Source: a virus. From it: a stretch of 64,000 nucleotides of DNA. Position numbers and translations under genes: made by a program. Every line of letters begins with the position of its first letter. The stretch's first letter is position 1. The notes under the pieces were generated by a model, which saw only the letters and a list, made by a program, of their open reading frames with translations, did not search any database and had not been told where the DNA came from. The stretch is from IMG/VR virus record IMGVR_UViG_3300046167_000554, positions 64,001 to 128,000 of that record, one strand, 5' to 3'. Below are positions 53,002 to 63,233 of the stretch, in pieces.

Positions 53002-54537
53002 ATGGAAATTTTTGGTTACGAAATAACTCGTAAAAAAGACGAGTTGAGAAATTTAGAGGTTGCAAATGCATCCTCTTTTGTTGCACCTGTTGAGGATGAT
53101 GGGACTCCCGTTATTGCACAACAGCCTGGTGGGTTTATATCAGGTGGTGCGTATGGTTCATATGTCGATATGGAAGGTGGTATTAAGAATGAGACAGGTC
53201 TCATTAAGAAATACCGAGAAATATCTTTAGTCCCCGAGTGTGACTTAGCGATTGAGGATATAATAAACGAGTGTATTACATCGGATGTTCAAGACCGAAT
53301 TGTAGCACTTGACTTAAGAGATGTTGAACTATCTGAAAGTATCAAAGGAAAGGTGCATAACGAGTTCAATAACATCTTATCTATGATGAAGTTCAATCAG
53401 AACTCTCATGAAATTTTCAGAAAATGGTACGTAGATGGAAGAGTATACTTCCATAAAGTTGTTGACTCTAAAAATATCAAGAAAGGTATTGTCGACATAA
53501 GAAACGTTGACCCGTTGAAGATTAAAAAAATCCGAAACGTAGAGAAAGACAAAGACCCGAAGACGGGTGTAGAAAAGATTGTAAAGGTTGAAGAGTTTTA
53601 TGTCTTCAACGATAAAGGTTTCGATAAGGGTGGTTCAGCTGGAGAAGGAAACACACTTAAGATTGCTCCCGAGGCAGTATCATATACTACTTCAGGACTA
53701 TTAGACTACAGTAAGAATGTAGTCATCGGGTATCTTCATAAAGCATTGAAGACTGCAAATCAGTTATCAATGATGGAAGATGCACTTGTTATCTATAGGA
53801 TATCAAGAGCTCCCGAAAGAAGGATATTCTACATAGATGTAGGTAACCTTCCAAAAGCAAAGGCAGAACAGTACCTTGCAGACGTAATGAATAAGTATAG
53901 AAATAAACTTATCTATAATGCAGATACTGGTGAAATCAAAGATGACAGAAAACATATGAGTATGTTGGAAGATTTTTGGTTACCGAGAAGAGAAGGTGGT
54001 AGAGGAACTCAAATTGAGACTTTGCCTGGCGGACAGAACCTTTCAGAGATAGAAGATATAGAATACTTCAAGAAGAAGTTATATCGTTCACTGAATGTTC
54101 CAGTCTCAAGAATGGAATCAGAGAATGGTTTCAACATGGGAAGGTCTGCAGAGATTACTAGAGATGAAGTTAAGTTCAACAAGTTTACGAACAGACTTCA
54201 GAAGAAATTCTCAAGAGTGTTTACAGACATTCTTAGAACACAATTAGTGTTAAAAGAAATTGTAAGTGCAGAAGAGTTTGATAAGTTTAGAGATTTTATA
54301 CTCTATAACTTTGAAACAGACAATCACTTTAAAGAACTTAAAGAGTTTGAACTGTTAAGAGATAGAATGGATGTTCTATCACAAGTTAGTGAATATGTTG
54401 GACAATATTACTCTAAAGAGTATGTTAGAAAATACATTTTAATGCAGTCCGAAGATGACATTAAATTAATTAATGCTCAAATTGACCTAGAGTCAAATGA
54501 TGAGGACGATAATGATGAAGAAGGAGATGATTACTAA
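53002..54537 (+). CDS. gp20: Portal protein
   Basis: WYVDGR, YLHKA.K..NQL, IYRISRAPERRIFYIDVGNLPK, EDFWLPRREGGRGT. Confidence 0.97.
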   Translation: MEIFGYEITRKKDELRNLEVANASSFVAPVEDDGTPVIAQQPGGFISGGAYGSYVDMEGGIKNETGLIKKYREISLVPECDLAIEDIINECITSDVQDRIVALDLRDVELSESIKGKVHNEFNNILSMMKFNQNSHEIFRKWYVDGRVYFHKVVDSKNIKKGIVDIRNVDPLKIKKIRNVEKDKDPKTGVEKIVKVEEFYVFNDKGFDKGGSAGEGNTLKIAPEAVSYTTSGLLDYSKNVVIGYLHKALKTANQLSMMEDALVIYRISRAPERRIFYIDVGNLPKAKAEQYLADVMNKYRNKLIYNADTGEIKDDRKHMSMLEDFWLPRREGGRGTQIETLPGGQNLSEIEDIEYFKKKLYRSLNVPVSRMESENGFNMGRSAEITRDEVKFNKFTNRLQKKFSRVFTDILRTQLVLKEIVSAEEFDKFRDFILYNFETDNHFKELKEFELLRDRMDVLSQVSEYVGQYYSKEYVRKYILMQSEDDIKLINAQIDLESNDEDDNDEEGDDY

Positions 54538-54710
54538 TGAGTAGTGAAATAGCAAAAACAATAGTTGACCAAATTGCAAATGGTAAACTAGATGCGGCAA
54601 AAGAATCAGTTTTTACTGGTATGAAAGAAAAGGCTGCAGAAACTGTTGACATGAAAAGAGTCGAAATGCAAGTAGACTGGGTAAACAACACGAGTCAGGA
54701 AGACAAATAA
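54537..54710 (+). CDS. Small prohead core protein (gp67-like; not in ORF track)
   Basis: Hand translation MSSEIAKTIVDQIANGKLDAAKE...; position after portal. Confidence 0.55.
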   Translation: MSSEIAKTIVDQIANGKLDAAKESVFTGMKEKAAETVDMKRVEMQVDWVNNTSQEDK

Positions 54711-55012
54711 TGAAAACATTTGCAGAGATATCACACATCTTACACGAAGCAAAATTTAAAATTGCATCGGGTGAGAAAGAGTTATCTAAAGAAACTGCAA
54801 AGGTTGGTGGGAAGAAAGTAAACATTGTTTATGTGCAGAACAAACGAAATAAAGTTGATGTGTACATGGACGGAAGAAAATTTAGTGGAGATATGCCGTA
54901 TAAAGATTTGAAATCTGCTCAGAAAGAGATGAAAGATATCAAAAAAATTATGGGTAACATGTCCGAAGAAGGAATTACAATAGGGGAAATCTTAGATGAA
55001 ATTAATATCTGA
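54710..55012 (+). CDS. Prohead core protein (gp68-like)
   Basis: MKTF.E start; position before gp21. Confidence 0.5.
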   Translation: MKTFAEISHILHEAKFKIASGEKELSKETAKVGGKKVNIVYVQNKRNKVDVYMDGRKFSGDMPYKDLKSAQKEMKDIKKIMGNMSEEGITIGEILDEINI

Positions 55013-55649
55013 ATATAATGACTACTCAATATCACCAGTAATCGTTGAAGCAAACGAAAAGGGTGAGAAAGAACACTTTATTGAAGGTGTTTTCATGCAG
55101 TCCAACATCAAAAACAGAAATGGTCGTGTTTACCCTAAAGAAGTAATGTTAAAAGAGGTCAACAGATACAGGGACGAGTTCATCAATAAGCAACGTGCTT
55201 TTGGTGAGTTAGGACATCCTGAAGGCCCAACAATCAATTTAGACAAAGTGTCTCACATGATTACATCTTTAGAAGAAGATGGTAATAACTTCGTGGGACG
55301 AGCAAAGATTTTAAGCACACCCAATGGTCAAATCGTAAAGAATTTAATCAATGATGGTGCTAAATTAGGAGTATCATCTAGAGGATTAGGTTCCTTGGAA
55401 GAAAAAGGTGGTATTCAACATGTGAAAAGTGACTTTCAACTTGCAACTGCAGCTGATATCGTTGCCGACCCGTCTGCACCCGAAGCCTTCGTAGAAGGTA
55501 TTATGGAAGGTGTTGAGTGGGTAATGGAGAGTGGTATCCTTAAAGCTAAAGATGCAGAAATTATGCAGAAACAACTTAAAACTGCAAAACTAAATAAGTT
55601 AGAAGAAACTAAGTTAAATCTATGGAAAAGGTTCGTTGAGAGTCTATAA
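54996..55649 (+). CDS. gp21: Prohead protease
   Basis: IEGVFMQ..NRNGRVYP, GELGHP, GVSSRGLGS, DIVADPSAP. Confidence 0.95.
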   Translation: MKLISEYNDYSISPVIVEANEKGEKEHFIEGVFMQSNIKNRNGRVYPKEVMLKEVNRYRDEFINKQRAFGELGHPEGPTINLDKVSHMITSLEEDGNNFVGRAKILSTPNGQIVKNLINDGAKLGVSSRGLGSLEEKGGIQHVKSDFQLATAADIVADPSAPEAFVEGIMEGVEWVMESGILKAKDAEIMQKQLKTAKLNKLEETKLNLWKRFVESL

Positions 55650-55651
55650 CA

Positions 55652-55659
55652 TATAAATA
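55652..55659 (+). promoter_or_regulatory. Late promoter TATAAATA
   Basis: Upstream of gp22/gp23. Confidence 0.8.
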
Positions 55660-55698
55660 AAAAAGAGAATACAAAATAATCTCAAACAGGAGAAAGAA

Positions 55699-57069
55699 AT
55701 GGCAGATTTAGAAAATAACCTAGAACAAGCAATAGAAGAGGCAATGCAGCCTGATTCTAAAGCAGAAAAAGGTGACTCAAAACCTGTAAAGCAAGGTTCA
55801 TCAGATGCAGCTTCAATCGAAGGTGGAAAGGGTGAAGTCGTCAAACCTGAAGAAAATCCTGTTGACAAAGCAGTTGCCTCAGTAAAAGGTGCAGAGAAAG
55901 GAACCAAAGAAGTGAGTGGAGATGCTCAACAGAAAGGTGAAGCTCCTGCCGAGAAGCAAGTAAAACTTAAAAAAGTTAAAGAAGATTCTGATGAAGACAG
56001 TTCAATGTCTAAAATGGAATCAATCAAGGCTATCGTCAACAACATGAAGGAAATGACTAAGGAAGAAATTCAACAAGTATTGGGAACAATATCTGAAGAA
56101 GAGTTAGACGAAACCTTGACTAAAGCAGAAGTCGCAAGACAAGTAGTCGAATCATTAAAAGCAATGGACGAAGAGTCAGTTGCAGAAACATTTGAAAAAA
56201 TGAAGAAAAAGTCAGACGATGACGAAGATGAAGACGAAGTCAAAGAAGAAAAAGATGAAGACGAAGATGAAGACGAAGATGACAAAGAAGTCAAAGAGTC
56301 TGCATCAGTTGAAGCATCTTTAGTTGAAATTGAAATAGATGACGACCTATCAGCAATTTCTGAAGCATTAGACTTATCAGAAGAAAATGCTGAGAAAGCA
56401 AAAACTATCTTTACAGCTGCAGTGAAATCAAAAGTTGCAGAACTTAAAGAAGAGTTAGAGTCTCAGTATTCACAAAATTTAAAAACCTCAGTTGATACTG
56501 TTAAAGGTGACCTTACGGAAGCAGTTGACAAGTATCTTTCATATTGTGCAGAAGAGTGGACGAAAGAAAACGAACTTGCAATAGAAAGAGGTTTGAGGTC
56601 AGAAATGACAGAAGGGTTTATTGATGGATTAAAGACATTGTTCACTGAACATTATGTCGAAGTTCCTGAAGATAAATACAATGTTATTGACGAACTCGCA
56701 AATCGTCTCGATGAGATGGAACAAAAACTTGATGGTGAAGTCACTAGAAATATGGACATCACTGAAGAGTTAGATACTCTCAAGAGAAGTAATGTGGTTA
56801 GAGAAGCTGGAAACGACTTATCTGAATCACAAAAAGAGAAATTAGAATCTTTATCAAATGGTGTAGACTTCAAAGACGTAGAAGACTTTCAAGAGAAAGT
56901 AGTTGAAATCAAAGAAGCTTATTTCCCAAGTGATGTAGATTCTATAGTAGAAGAAACTCTAGTAATGGAAGGTGAAGGTACATACGAGGACGAAAGTTCT
57001 GAACCTGTACTTGACCCAACTATTGCAAGATATTCATCTGCGATTAGTAAACTTAAACCATTAGGTTAA
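55699..57069 (+). CDS. gp22: Prohead scaffold protein
   Basis: Acidic; KAKTIF.AAV, VDKYLSY..EEW..EN, LFTEHYVEVPE. Confidence 0.9.
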   Translation: MADLENNLEQAIEEAMQPDSKAEKGDSKPVKQGSSDAASIEGGKGEVVKPEENPVDKAVASVKGAEKGTKEVSGDAQQKGEAPAEKQVKLKKVKEDSDEDSSMSKMESIKAIVNNMKEMTKEEIQQVLGTISEEELDETLTKAEVARQVVESLKAMDEESVAETFEKMKKKSDDDEDEDEVKEEKDEDEDEDEDDKEVKESASVEASLVEIEIDDDLSAISEALDLSEENAEKAKTIFTAAVKSKVAELKEELESQYSQNLKTSVDTVKGDLTEAVDKYLSYCAEEWTKENELAIERGLRSEMTEGFIDGLKTLFTEHYVEVPEDKYNVIDELANRLDEMEQKLDGEVTRNMDITEELDTLKRSNVVREAGNDLSESQKEKLESLSNGVDFKDVEDFQEKVVEIKEAYFPSDVDSIVEETLVMEGEGTYEDESSEPVLDPTIARYSSAISKLKPLG

Positions 57070-57086
57070 AATTAAAGGAAAATAAA

Positions 57087-58385
57087 ATGTTTTTATCAGA
57101 AAACTTACAAGAAAAGTGGAGCCCTATTCTAGAACACTCCGATTTGCCAAAAATCGAAGACAACTACAAAAGAGCAGTCACAGCAGTTATCCTAGAAAAC
57201 CAAGAAAAAGCTCTTAACGAAGATAGAGTTACTCTTGACGAAGCTGCACCTTTAAATGCTACTGGTAGTTCTGCAATTAGTAACTGGGACCCGATTTTAA
57301 TATCCCTAGTTCGTAGAGCTATGCCAAATCTCGTTGCATACGACATTTGCGGTGTTCAACCAATGACAGGCCCAACAGGACTTATCTTTGCTATGAAAGC
57401 AAGATATAACGATTATTCTACAGCTGGTAGAGAAAACAAGACTGAAGCATTATTCAATGAAGCAGAAACTGGTTACTCAAATGCAGCTCAAGATACATCT
57501 ACTCCTATTGCTGGCTCAAACCAAGACCCGTTCGCTAGTGCATACGCTACGAACACTGGTGCTGGTATGTCAACAGCAAGTGCAGAAGCACTTGGTGATG
57601 TTGAAGCATCAAATGGTTTTGCTCAGATGGCTTTCACAATTGAGAAAGCAACTGTAACAGCAAAATCAAGAGCATTAAAAGCTGAGTACACACTCGAATT
57701 AGCACAAGACCTCAAAGCAATCCATGGTCTTGACGCGGAATCAGAACTTGCGAATATTCTTTCATCAGAAATTCTTGCAGAAATCAACAGAGAAGTTATC
57801 AGAAATGTTAACATTCAAGGTAAAACTGGAGCAAGTGCTACTGCATCTGCTGGTACGTTTAACTTAGACGTTGATGCAAACGGAAGATGGTCTGTTGAGA
57901 AATTCAAAGGTCTATTGTTCCAAATCGAAAGAGAATCAAATGTAATAGCAAAAGAAACACGTAGAGGAAAAGGTAACTTTATCCTATGTAGTTCTGATGT
58001 TGCATCTGCTCTTTCAATGGCTGGTGTATTAGATTATACTCCTGCGTTATCTACTAACTTAAACGTTGACGATACTGGTAATACTTTTGCTGGTGTTCTA
58101 AACGGAAGAGTTAAAGTATATATCGACCCATATGCTGGTGTTGATTACTTAACAGTAGGTTATAGAGGGTCTAACCCTTATGACGCTGGTTTATTCTATT
58201 GCCCTTACGTTCCATTACAAATGGTTCGTGCAGTTGGTGAGAATACATTCCAACCAAAAATTGGTTTCAAAACTAGATACGGAATGGTATCTAACCCATT
58301 CGTAGGTGCTACACCTGCTAGTGGACTAGCTTCTGCTGGAACTAACCAATACTACAGAAAATTTGCAGTTAGCAACATTCTGTAA
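57087..58385 (+). CDS. gp23: Major capsid protein
   Basis: LVRRAMP, GVQPMTGPTGLIFA, KSRALKAEYTLELAQDLKAIHGLDAE, FQPKIGFKTRYG. Confidence 0.98.
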   Translation: MFLSENLQEKWSPILEHSDLPKIEDNYKRAVTAVILENQEKALNEDRVTLDEAAPLNATGSSAISNWDPILISLVRRAMPNLVAYDICGVQPMTGPTGLIFAMKARYNDYSTAGRENKTEALFNEAETGYSNAAQDTSTPIAGSNQDPFASAYATNTGAGMSTASAEALGDVEASNGFAQMAFTIEKATVTAKSRALKAEYTLELAQDLKAIHGLDAESELANILSSEILAEINREVIRNVNIQGKTGASATASAGTFNLDVDANGRWSVEKFKGLLFQIERESNVIAKETRRGKGNFILCSSDVASALSMAGVLDYTPALSTNLNVDDTGNTFAGVLNGRVKVYIDPYAGVDYLTVGYRGSNPYDAGLFYCPYVPLQMVRAVGENTFQPKIGFKTRYGMVSNPFVGATPASGLASAGTNQYYRKFAVSNIL

Positions 58386-58404
58386 GTCAATTAATTTTGA
58401 TACT

Positions 58405-58434
58405 AAAAAGGTCTCTTACGAGACCTTTTTTTTT
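58405..58434. terminator. Bidirectional Rho-independent terminator
   Basis: AAAAAGGTCTC-TTAC-GAGACCTTTTTTTTT. Confidence 0.88.
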
Positions 58435-58722
58435 GTTTAATGACTTTAATCGTTCAATGTCTAGGGAATACCCTATTCTTTACAGCGTGTCCTTCTAGTG
58501 AGGCCTTACCCCAATTTTATCTAGGTGCATAGCTCGGCACCATAAAGAAATTCGTTTACCATACTTTCCCAATTCGTCAAAAATTTCAAGTACTTCTCTG
58601 TTCGGATTCTATCCACACCTCACGATTATATGCCACGTCTTAATTGACTTTAACAGTGTGGAACACCTTTTCTATACGGAACAACCTCTCACAACCAACT
58701 TACTTCCGTCTCGATTTCCTAC
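58405..58722 (-). ncRNA. Candidate structured ncRNA (~300 nt)
   Basis: Own sigma70 promoter, several stems, ends at bidirectional terminator, no credible ORF. Confidence 0.5.
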
Positions 58723-58728
58723 TTTACT

Positions 58729-58758
58729 AGTATACCAAAAAGTTAGGTACATTGTCAA
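58729..58758 (-). promoter_or_regulatory. Sigma70-type promoter TTGACA-N18-TATACT (extended -10)
   Basis: + strand AGTATA 58729-34 and TGTCAA 58753-58. Confidence 0.7.
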
Positions 58759-58816
58759 CCTAAATACAAGGTAAAGAATAATCTTTACATTACACATACA
58801 CACACAGGAGAAAAAT

Positions 58817-59035
58817 ATGAGTAATTCAGGAAAATCAGGGTTCGAAATCAGAGCCGACTTATTATCACAAGCAGAGGGTCTAATCGTCCTCAATTATCAG
58901 AGAGAGGTTGATGCTGTCTATATGCATAACGAAAACTTCCCAAATGATAAGAAACCTTTACCACTAAGAGAAATCACTGGTGAAGAGGTCATTCAAACTG
59001 CAAGACAGTTAAATGAGTTTGTAATAGAGAAGTAA
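58817..59035 (+). CDS. Hypothetical protein
   Basis: AGGAG RBS; KSGFEIRADLL..A..LNEFV. Confidence 0.7.
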   Translation: MSNSGKSGFEIRADLLSQAEGLIVLNYQREVDAVYMHNENFPNDKKPLPLREITGEEVIQTARQLNEFVIEK

Positions 59036-59062
59036 CCTAAATAGTAGTACACGGAGATAATT

Positions 59063-59275
59063 ATGTATGATAAACAAGTGAATGTAATGGAAGGGCCATG
59101 GGAAGCAAAAACGTTTCCTAATGGGGAAGAGACAACGAATGTATTAAGTCGTAAGACAATCACAACGTTAATTAGAGATGGTTATCTATGTGAAGAAACT
59201 ACAACGAGAGAGTATCGAGATGGAGATTATTTCGATACTTCCTCGTCTAAACGGATACTAAAAATAAATGGTTGA
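59063..59275 (+). CDS. Hypothetical protein
   Basis: GGAG RBS; overlaps gp3 start. Confidence 0.6.
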   Translation: MYDKQVNVMEGPWEAKTFPNGEETTNVLSRKTITTLIRDGYLCEETTTREYRDGDYFDTSSSKRILKING

Positions 59276-59801
59276 TATCAATAAATCGATTCTTAATAAG
59301 AACAACTTCAGACTTATCGTTGATAAGTGTCCTACTGTTGAATACTTTGTAAGGTCAGTAAATATTCCTGGCTTAACATTTACAGAAGTAACTCAAGCGG
59401 CAGGTGTTGGGTTGGATGCATTTTTCCCTGGCGACAAAGTGTTCTATGAAACTATGTCAGTAGAGTTTCTAGTAGATGAAGACCTAGTGAACTTCAAAGA
59501 AATCTATGACTGGATGGATGCAATTGTTCCCGTTAGAGACCCATCATTATATAAGACTTACACATCAACAACATCTACTGAAAGTAAACAATACAGTGGA
59601 ACAGATAATACAAGTCAAACATCTGATATTACACTAGTAACAAATACAAACAAAAACTTACCTAATAGATACTTTAGGTTTCATGACTGTTTCCCAATAG
59701 GATTGAGTGGATTACAGTTAGAGAGTGGTGCAGAAGCAGAACCAGTAACTACTACAGTTGACTTTAGATTTAGTTATTACGAGATAGAAAGTACTTCCTA
59801 A
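59268..59801 (+). CDS. gp3: Tail tube terminator gp3
   Basis: NIPG, PGDK..Y..FLVDEDL.N..EIYDW, F.F.DCFP..LSG. Confidence 0.88.
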   Translation: MVDINKSILNKNNFRLIVDKCPTVEYFVRSVNIPGLTFTEVTQAAGVGLDAFFPGDKVFYETMSVEFLVDEDLVNFKEIYDWMDAIVPVRDPSLYKTYTSTTSTESKQYSGTDNTSQTSDITLVTNTNKNLPNRYFRFHDCFPIGLSGLQLESGAEAEPVTTTVDFRFSYYEIESTS

Positions 59802-59825
59802 ATTCCCTTACTAAATACCCATATA

Positions 59826-59836
59826 TGTGGTATAAT
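59826..59836 (+). promoter_or_regulatory. Extended -10 promoter TGTGGTATAAT
   Basis: Upstream of likely uvsY start (~59847). Confidence 0.5.
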
Positions 59837-60290
59837 GGTATATATTATGACGTTAGATGAATTAAAGAAACAGTGGACGGAAGATTGTCAAATAGATGAT
59901 ATCGAATTAGATAATGCATCACTTGAAGTTCCTAAACTACATGCAAAATACCAAGACTTACTAACCAGTAAGATACTTGTACTAAAACAATACCAAAACA
60001 AATACAATGAACTACTTAAAGATAAGTGGTTGTGGTATAATGGTAAAATGGATGAAGAGACTGTTAGAGAGAAAGGTTGGGAACCCGACCCATTTAATGG
60101 TCTTAAGATAATGAAGAATGACATGCAAATATTCTTCAATGCAGATAAAGATTTACAAGACCTCAATGCAAAGATTGAGTACCTCAAAGTTACTGTAGAC
60201 TTCCTAAAGGAATGTATGCAAAATATTACATGGAGACACCAAACGATTAGAAACACAATCGATTGGAGAAAGTTCATGGCAGGACAATAA
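59835..60290 (+). CDS. uvsY: Recombination mediator UvsY
   Basis: W.ED..ID, PKLHAKY, YNGK, DPF, IRNTIDWRKF. Confidence 0.9.
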   Translation: MVYIMTLDELKKQWTEDCQIDDIELDNASLEVPKLHAKYQDLLTSKILVLKQYQNKYNELLKDKWLWYNGKMDEETVREKGWEPDPFNGLKIMKNDMQIFFNADKDLQDLNAKIEYLKVTVDFLKECMQNITWRHQTIRNTIDWRKFMAGQ

Positions 60291-60964
60291 TGATATTAAA
60301 CAATTACTGTTACACAATACCTATGTTATTTGATGATAGTGAAGTCGAACAGATACATCAACATGCAATGCAATATCCTATTATGGAAGGACAGGTAGGT
60401 TTCCAAAAGAGTGACCCCGATGGGGAAGACAATGGTGGAAGAACCGATAGTAAGATAAGACAATCTGATGTAAGATGGTGTGAAGACATGTTACCACAAC
60501 ATTTAATAGATAAGTTATATGGTGCAGTTGAACATGCAAAGTCAGAATGTGGTTGGGGATTTGATTTTGAATATCAAGAAAAAAACCAGTATACCATATA
60601 CAAACATAGACCCGATGCAGAAGTAACGGGTGATTTCTATACATGGCATACAGATGCAGGCCCTACTCCATATGAACATAATGGTATGATAAGAAAGTTA
60701 AGTTACACTATTCAACTATCCGACCCTGATGATTATGAGGGTGGAAACTTTCAATGGATAGAAGATATACGTGCAAAGGATACTCTTACTAAAGGTAATT
60801 ACAATAGAAACATGGAAGACTTTGTTGTCACTGCACCATTCTCTGCAAAACAGAAGGGGTCTCTTATCCTATTCCCATCATTTCTACATCACCAAGTCAC
60901 ACCCTTAATAAGAGGAACTAGAATATCATTAGTTGGTTGGTTATGTGGATATCCTTATAGATAA
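60263..60964 (+). CDS. 2OG-Fe(II) oxygenase (likely start 60290)
   Basis: FYTWHTD, RKLSYTIQLSDP..YEGG, FPSFLHHQVTP..G.R.SLVGW. Confidence 0.88.
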   Translation: MEKVHGRTIMILNNYCYTIPMLFDDSEVEQIHQHAMQYPIMEGQVGFQKSDPDGEDNGGRTDSKIRQSDVRWCEDMLPQHLIDKLYGAVEHAKSECGWGFDFEYQEKNQYTIYKHRPDAEVTGDFYTWHTDAGPTPYEHNGMIRKLSYTIQLSDPDDYEGGNFQWIEDIRAKDTLTKGNYNRNMEDFVVTAPFSAKQKGSLILFPSFLHHQVTPLIRGTRISLVGWLCGYPYR

Positions 60965-62386
60965 ATGAAAGTTACAGTATCAAAAGTGGATGAGGTCTTC
61001 ATGCACGTTGATTGTGATGATGGTCTTGCAAAAGACTTACATGACTTCTTCTCATTCAAAGTACCAGGCGCAAAGTTTATGCCTTCCTACAAGAATAAGT
61101 GGTGGGATGGTAAGGTCTATCTTTTTTCAATAAAAACACACAAAATTTATATCGGACTACTTCCATATGTAGATGAGTTCTGTAGAGAAAGAGGATTTGA
61201 GTTTGAAGGTGTTACAGATATCCTAGGAACTAAAACAAGAGAGAAAGTCAGTCAATCTTGGTTAGCAGATTTAAAACTTCCCTTTGAACCTAGAGATTAT
61301 CAGATAGATGCACTCAATGAAACAATTCAATATGGAAGACAACTACTATTGTCTCCAACTGCAAGTGGTAAGTCTCTTATCATTTATTTACTTGCAAGAT
61401 ACTATGATAAGAAAACAATAATTATTGTTCCTACTACATCGTTAGTAGAACAGATGACAAAGGATTTTGAAGAATATGGATATGATAAAGATGTGTGTAA
61501 AATTTATAGTGGTCAACCTGTATTTCCTGCTGACATTACGATATCAACATGGCAAAGTTTTGCTAAAGCACCTAAAGAAGTCCTACAAGGATTTGACGTA
61601 GTCGTAGGAGATGAAGCTCATCTATTCAAAGCAAATGTACTGAAAGGTATACTTGAAAAGATGAAGACGACTGCAATCCGTATAGGAACTACAGGAACCT
61701 TAGATGGTTCAGAGGTTCATAGATTGCAACTAGAAGGGTTGTTCGGCCCAGTCAAAAAGGTCATAACCACAAAGGAATTAATGGACGAAGGAACTATTGC
61801 AAATTTAAATATTGATTGTGTCATACTTCGTCATACTAAAATGAAGAAAATGACCTACCAAGATGAGATGGATTACCTCGTATCAAGTGATAGTAGAAAT
61901 GAGTTTATATGCAACTTAGTGTATTCCCTAAGAGGAAACACACTAGTATTGTTTCAATACATAGAAAAACATGGTCAACCATTATGGGAATTGTTCAATC
62001 CCATGGTCAGTAGAATGAATGGAACATTGCATTATGTTCATGGTGGAACTGATACAGAAGACCGAGAAATGGTTAGAGAAATAGTCGATAATCCAAAAAA
62101 GAAAAATAATGTCATACTAGCATCATACGGAACTTTCTCTACTGGTGTAAATATAAAGAAGATTGATAATGTAGTCTTTGCATCACCCTCAAAATCAAGA
62201 ATTAGAAACCTACAATCTATTGGTAGAGGTCTAAGAAAAGCAGATGGTAAAACAGAGATGAGGTTATTTGATATATCAGATGACTTACAATGCAATAATC
62301 ATACTCTCAACCACCTCAAAGAACGTATAAATATATACAACGAAGAAAACTTTACATACGAGATAAGGCAATTTGATTTAAAATGA
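60965..62386 (+). CDS. uvsW: Helicase UvsW
   Basis: PRDYQ, SPTASGKS, GDEAH, GTTGTL, QSIGRGLR. Confidence 0.95.
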   Translation: MKVTVSKVDEVFMHVDCDDGLAKDLHDFFSFKVPGAKFMPSYKNKWWDGKVYLFSIKTHKIYIGLLPYVDEFCRERGFEFEGVTDILGTKTREKVSQSWLADLKLPFEPRDYQIDALNETIQYGRQLLLSPTASGKSLIIYLLARYYDKKTIIIVPTTSLVEQMTKDFEEYGYDKDVCKIYSGQPVFPADITISTWQSFAKAPKEVLQGFDVVVGDEAHLFKANVLKGILEKMKTTAIRIGTTGTLDGSEVHRLQLEGLFGPVKKVITTKELMDEGTIANLNIDCVILRHTKMKKMTYQDEMDYLVSSDSRNEFICNLVYSLRGNTLVLFQYIEKHGQPLWELFNPMVSRMNGTLHYVHGGTDTEDREMVREIVDNPKKKNNVILASYGTFSTGVNIKKIDNVVFASPSKSRIRNLQSIGRGLRKADGKTEMRLFDISDDLQCNNHTLNHLKERINIYNEENFTYEIRQFDLK

Positions 62387-62872
62387 CAAGACCACAAGAT
62401 TTAACACCAAGACAATACGAAGTTGTAAAACTTAGAACTGGTACTGAACTTGTCGGAATGGTCAGAGAAACACCTAAAGGATTACAGGTAACCCTACCTA
62501 TGATATGTCAATTATCAATCACTGGTGGTAATTCAACCCTTGCAACATTCTATCCGTATGCACCCCTATCTTCAGACCCAGTCTTATTGATTGCACCAAA
62601 TGATGTTATGCATAGAAGTGTTATGAATGAACAATTCATTCCGTTCTATGACGAAGCTTCGTCTAAGTGGTTGAACATGGTAGAGACAGGGAACTATTCC
62701 ATTGACTAATGATTTACATTCTCATAGTAGAAAACTTGCAAAGGGTTTTGTTGATGATGCATTACAACAAGTCATAGATGCAACTGGTGGGGATATCACG
62801 GATGAAGAACTTGACATGTTAGAAGAGTTTGAAGCATTTCAAGAATCCAAAGAAAAAAAAGTTATTCATTAA
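62383..62872 (+). CDS. Conserved Sm-like hypothetical after uvsW (frameshift near 62690)
   Basis: VVKLRTG.ELVG; alternative frame continues to KKVIH-stop. Confidence 0.6.
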
Positions 62873-62966
62873 TTCTTAGGTTTTCAATCTTACTAAATAA
62901 GTGCGTAGACTCAGTGTACTTATAACTGATTATACATTTTACTTATAACTTAACTTTAGGAAAACC

Positions 62967-63140
62967 ATGACCACAGCAACTTATTTTGCGAAGAGCATGG
63001 TACGAAAAGCTAGAGAAGTCAACCATGTCATTCGTCCTCAAAAACGAAAATTAGTTGACACTATCGAATTTCTAGTGCTGATGACTCTTCCATTCTTACT
63101 ACCATTTATAGTGATGGCGTTATCCGTAAAAGGATACTAA
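62967..63140 (+). CDS. Small single-TM protein (not in ORF track)
   Basis: AGGA RBS; ...IEFLVLMTLPFLLPFIVMALSVKGY. Confidence 0.55.
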   Translation: MTTATYFAKSMVRKAREVNHVIRPQKRKLVDTIEFLVLMTLPFLLPFIVMALSVKGY

Positions 63141-63142
63141 CC

Positions 63143-63232
63143 ATGAACTTACAAAAACTTAGAGAAACTTTGGAGATATCCACGTTGATGGGTATCTTTA
63201 TAATTTCAGTATTTTCAATTACAGGAATATAA
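63143..63232 (+). CDS. 29 aa single-TM peptide
   Basis: AGGA RBS; MNLQKLRETLEISTLMGIFIISVFSITGI. Confidence 0.4.
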   Translation: MNLQKLRETLEISTLMGIFIISVFSITGI

Positions 63233-63233
63233 T

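Noticed and set aside
48789-62386. Introns, inteins or homing endonucleases in gp17, gp20, gp23, uvsW
   Set aside because: Lengths and motif spacing are normal
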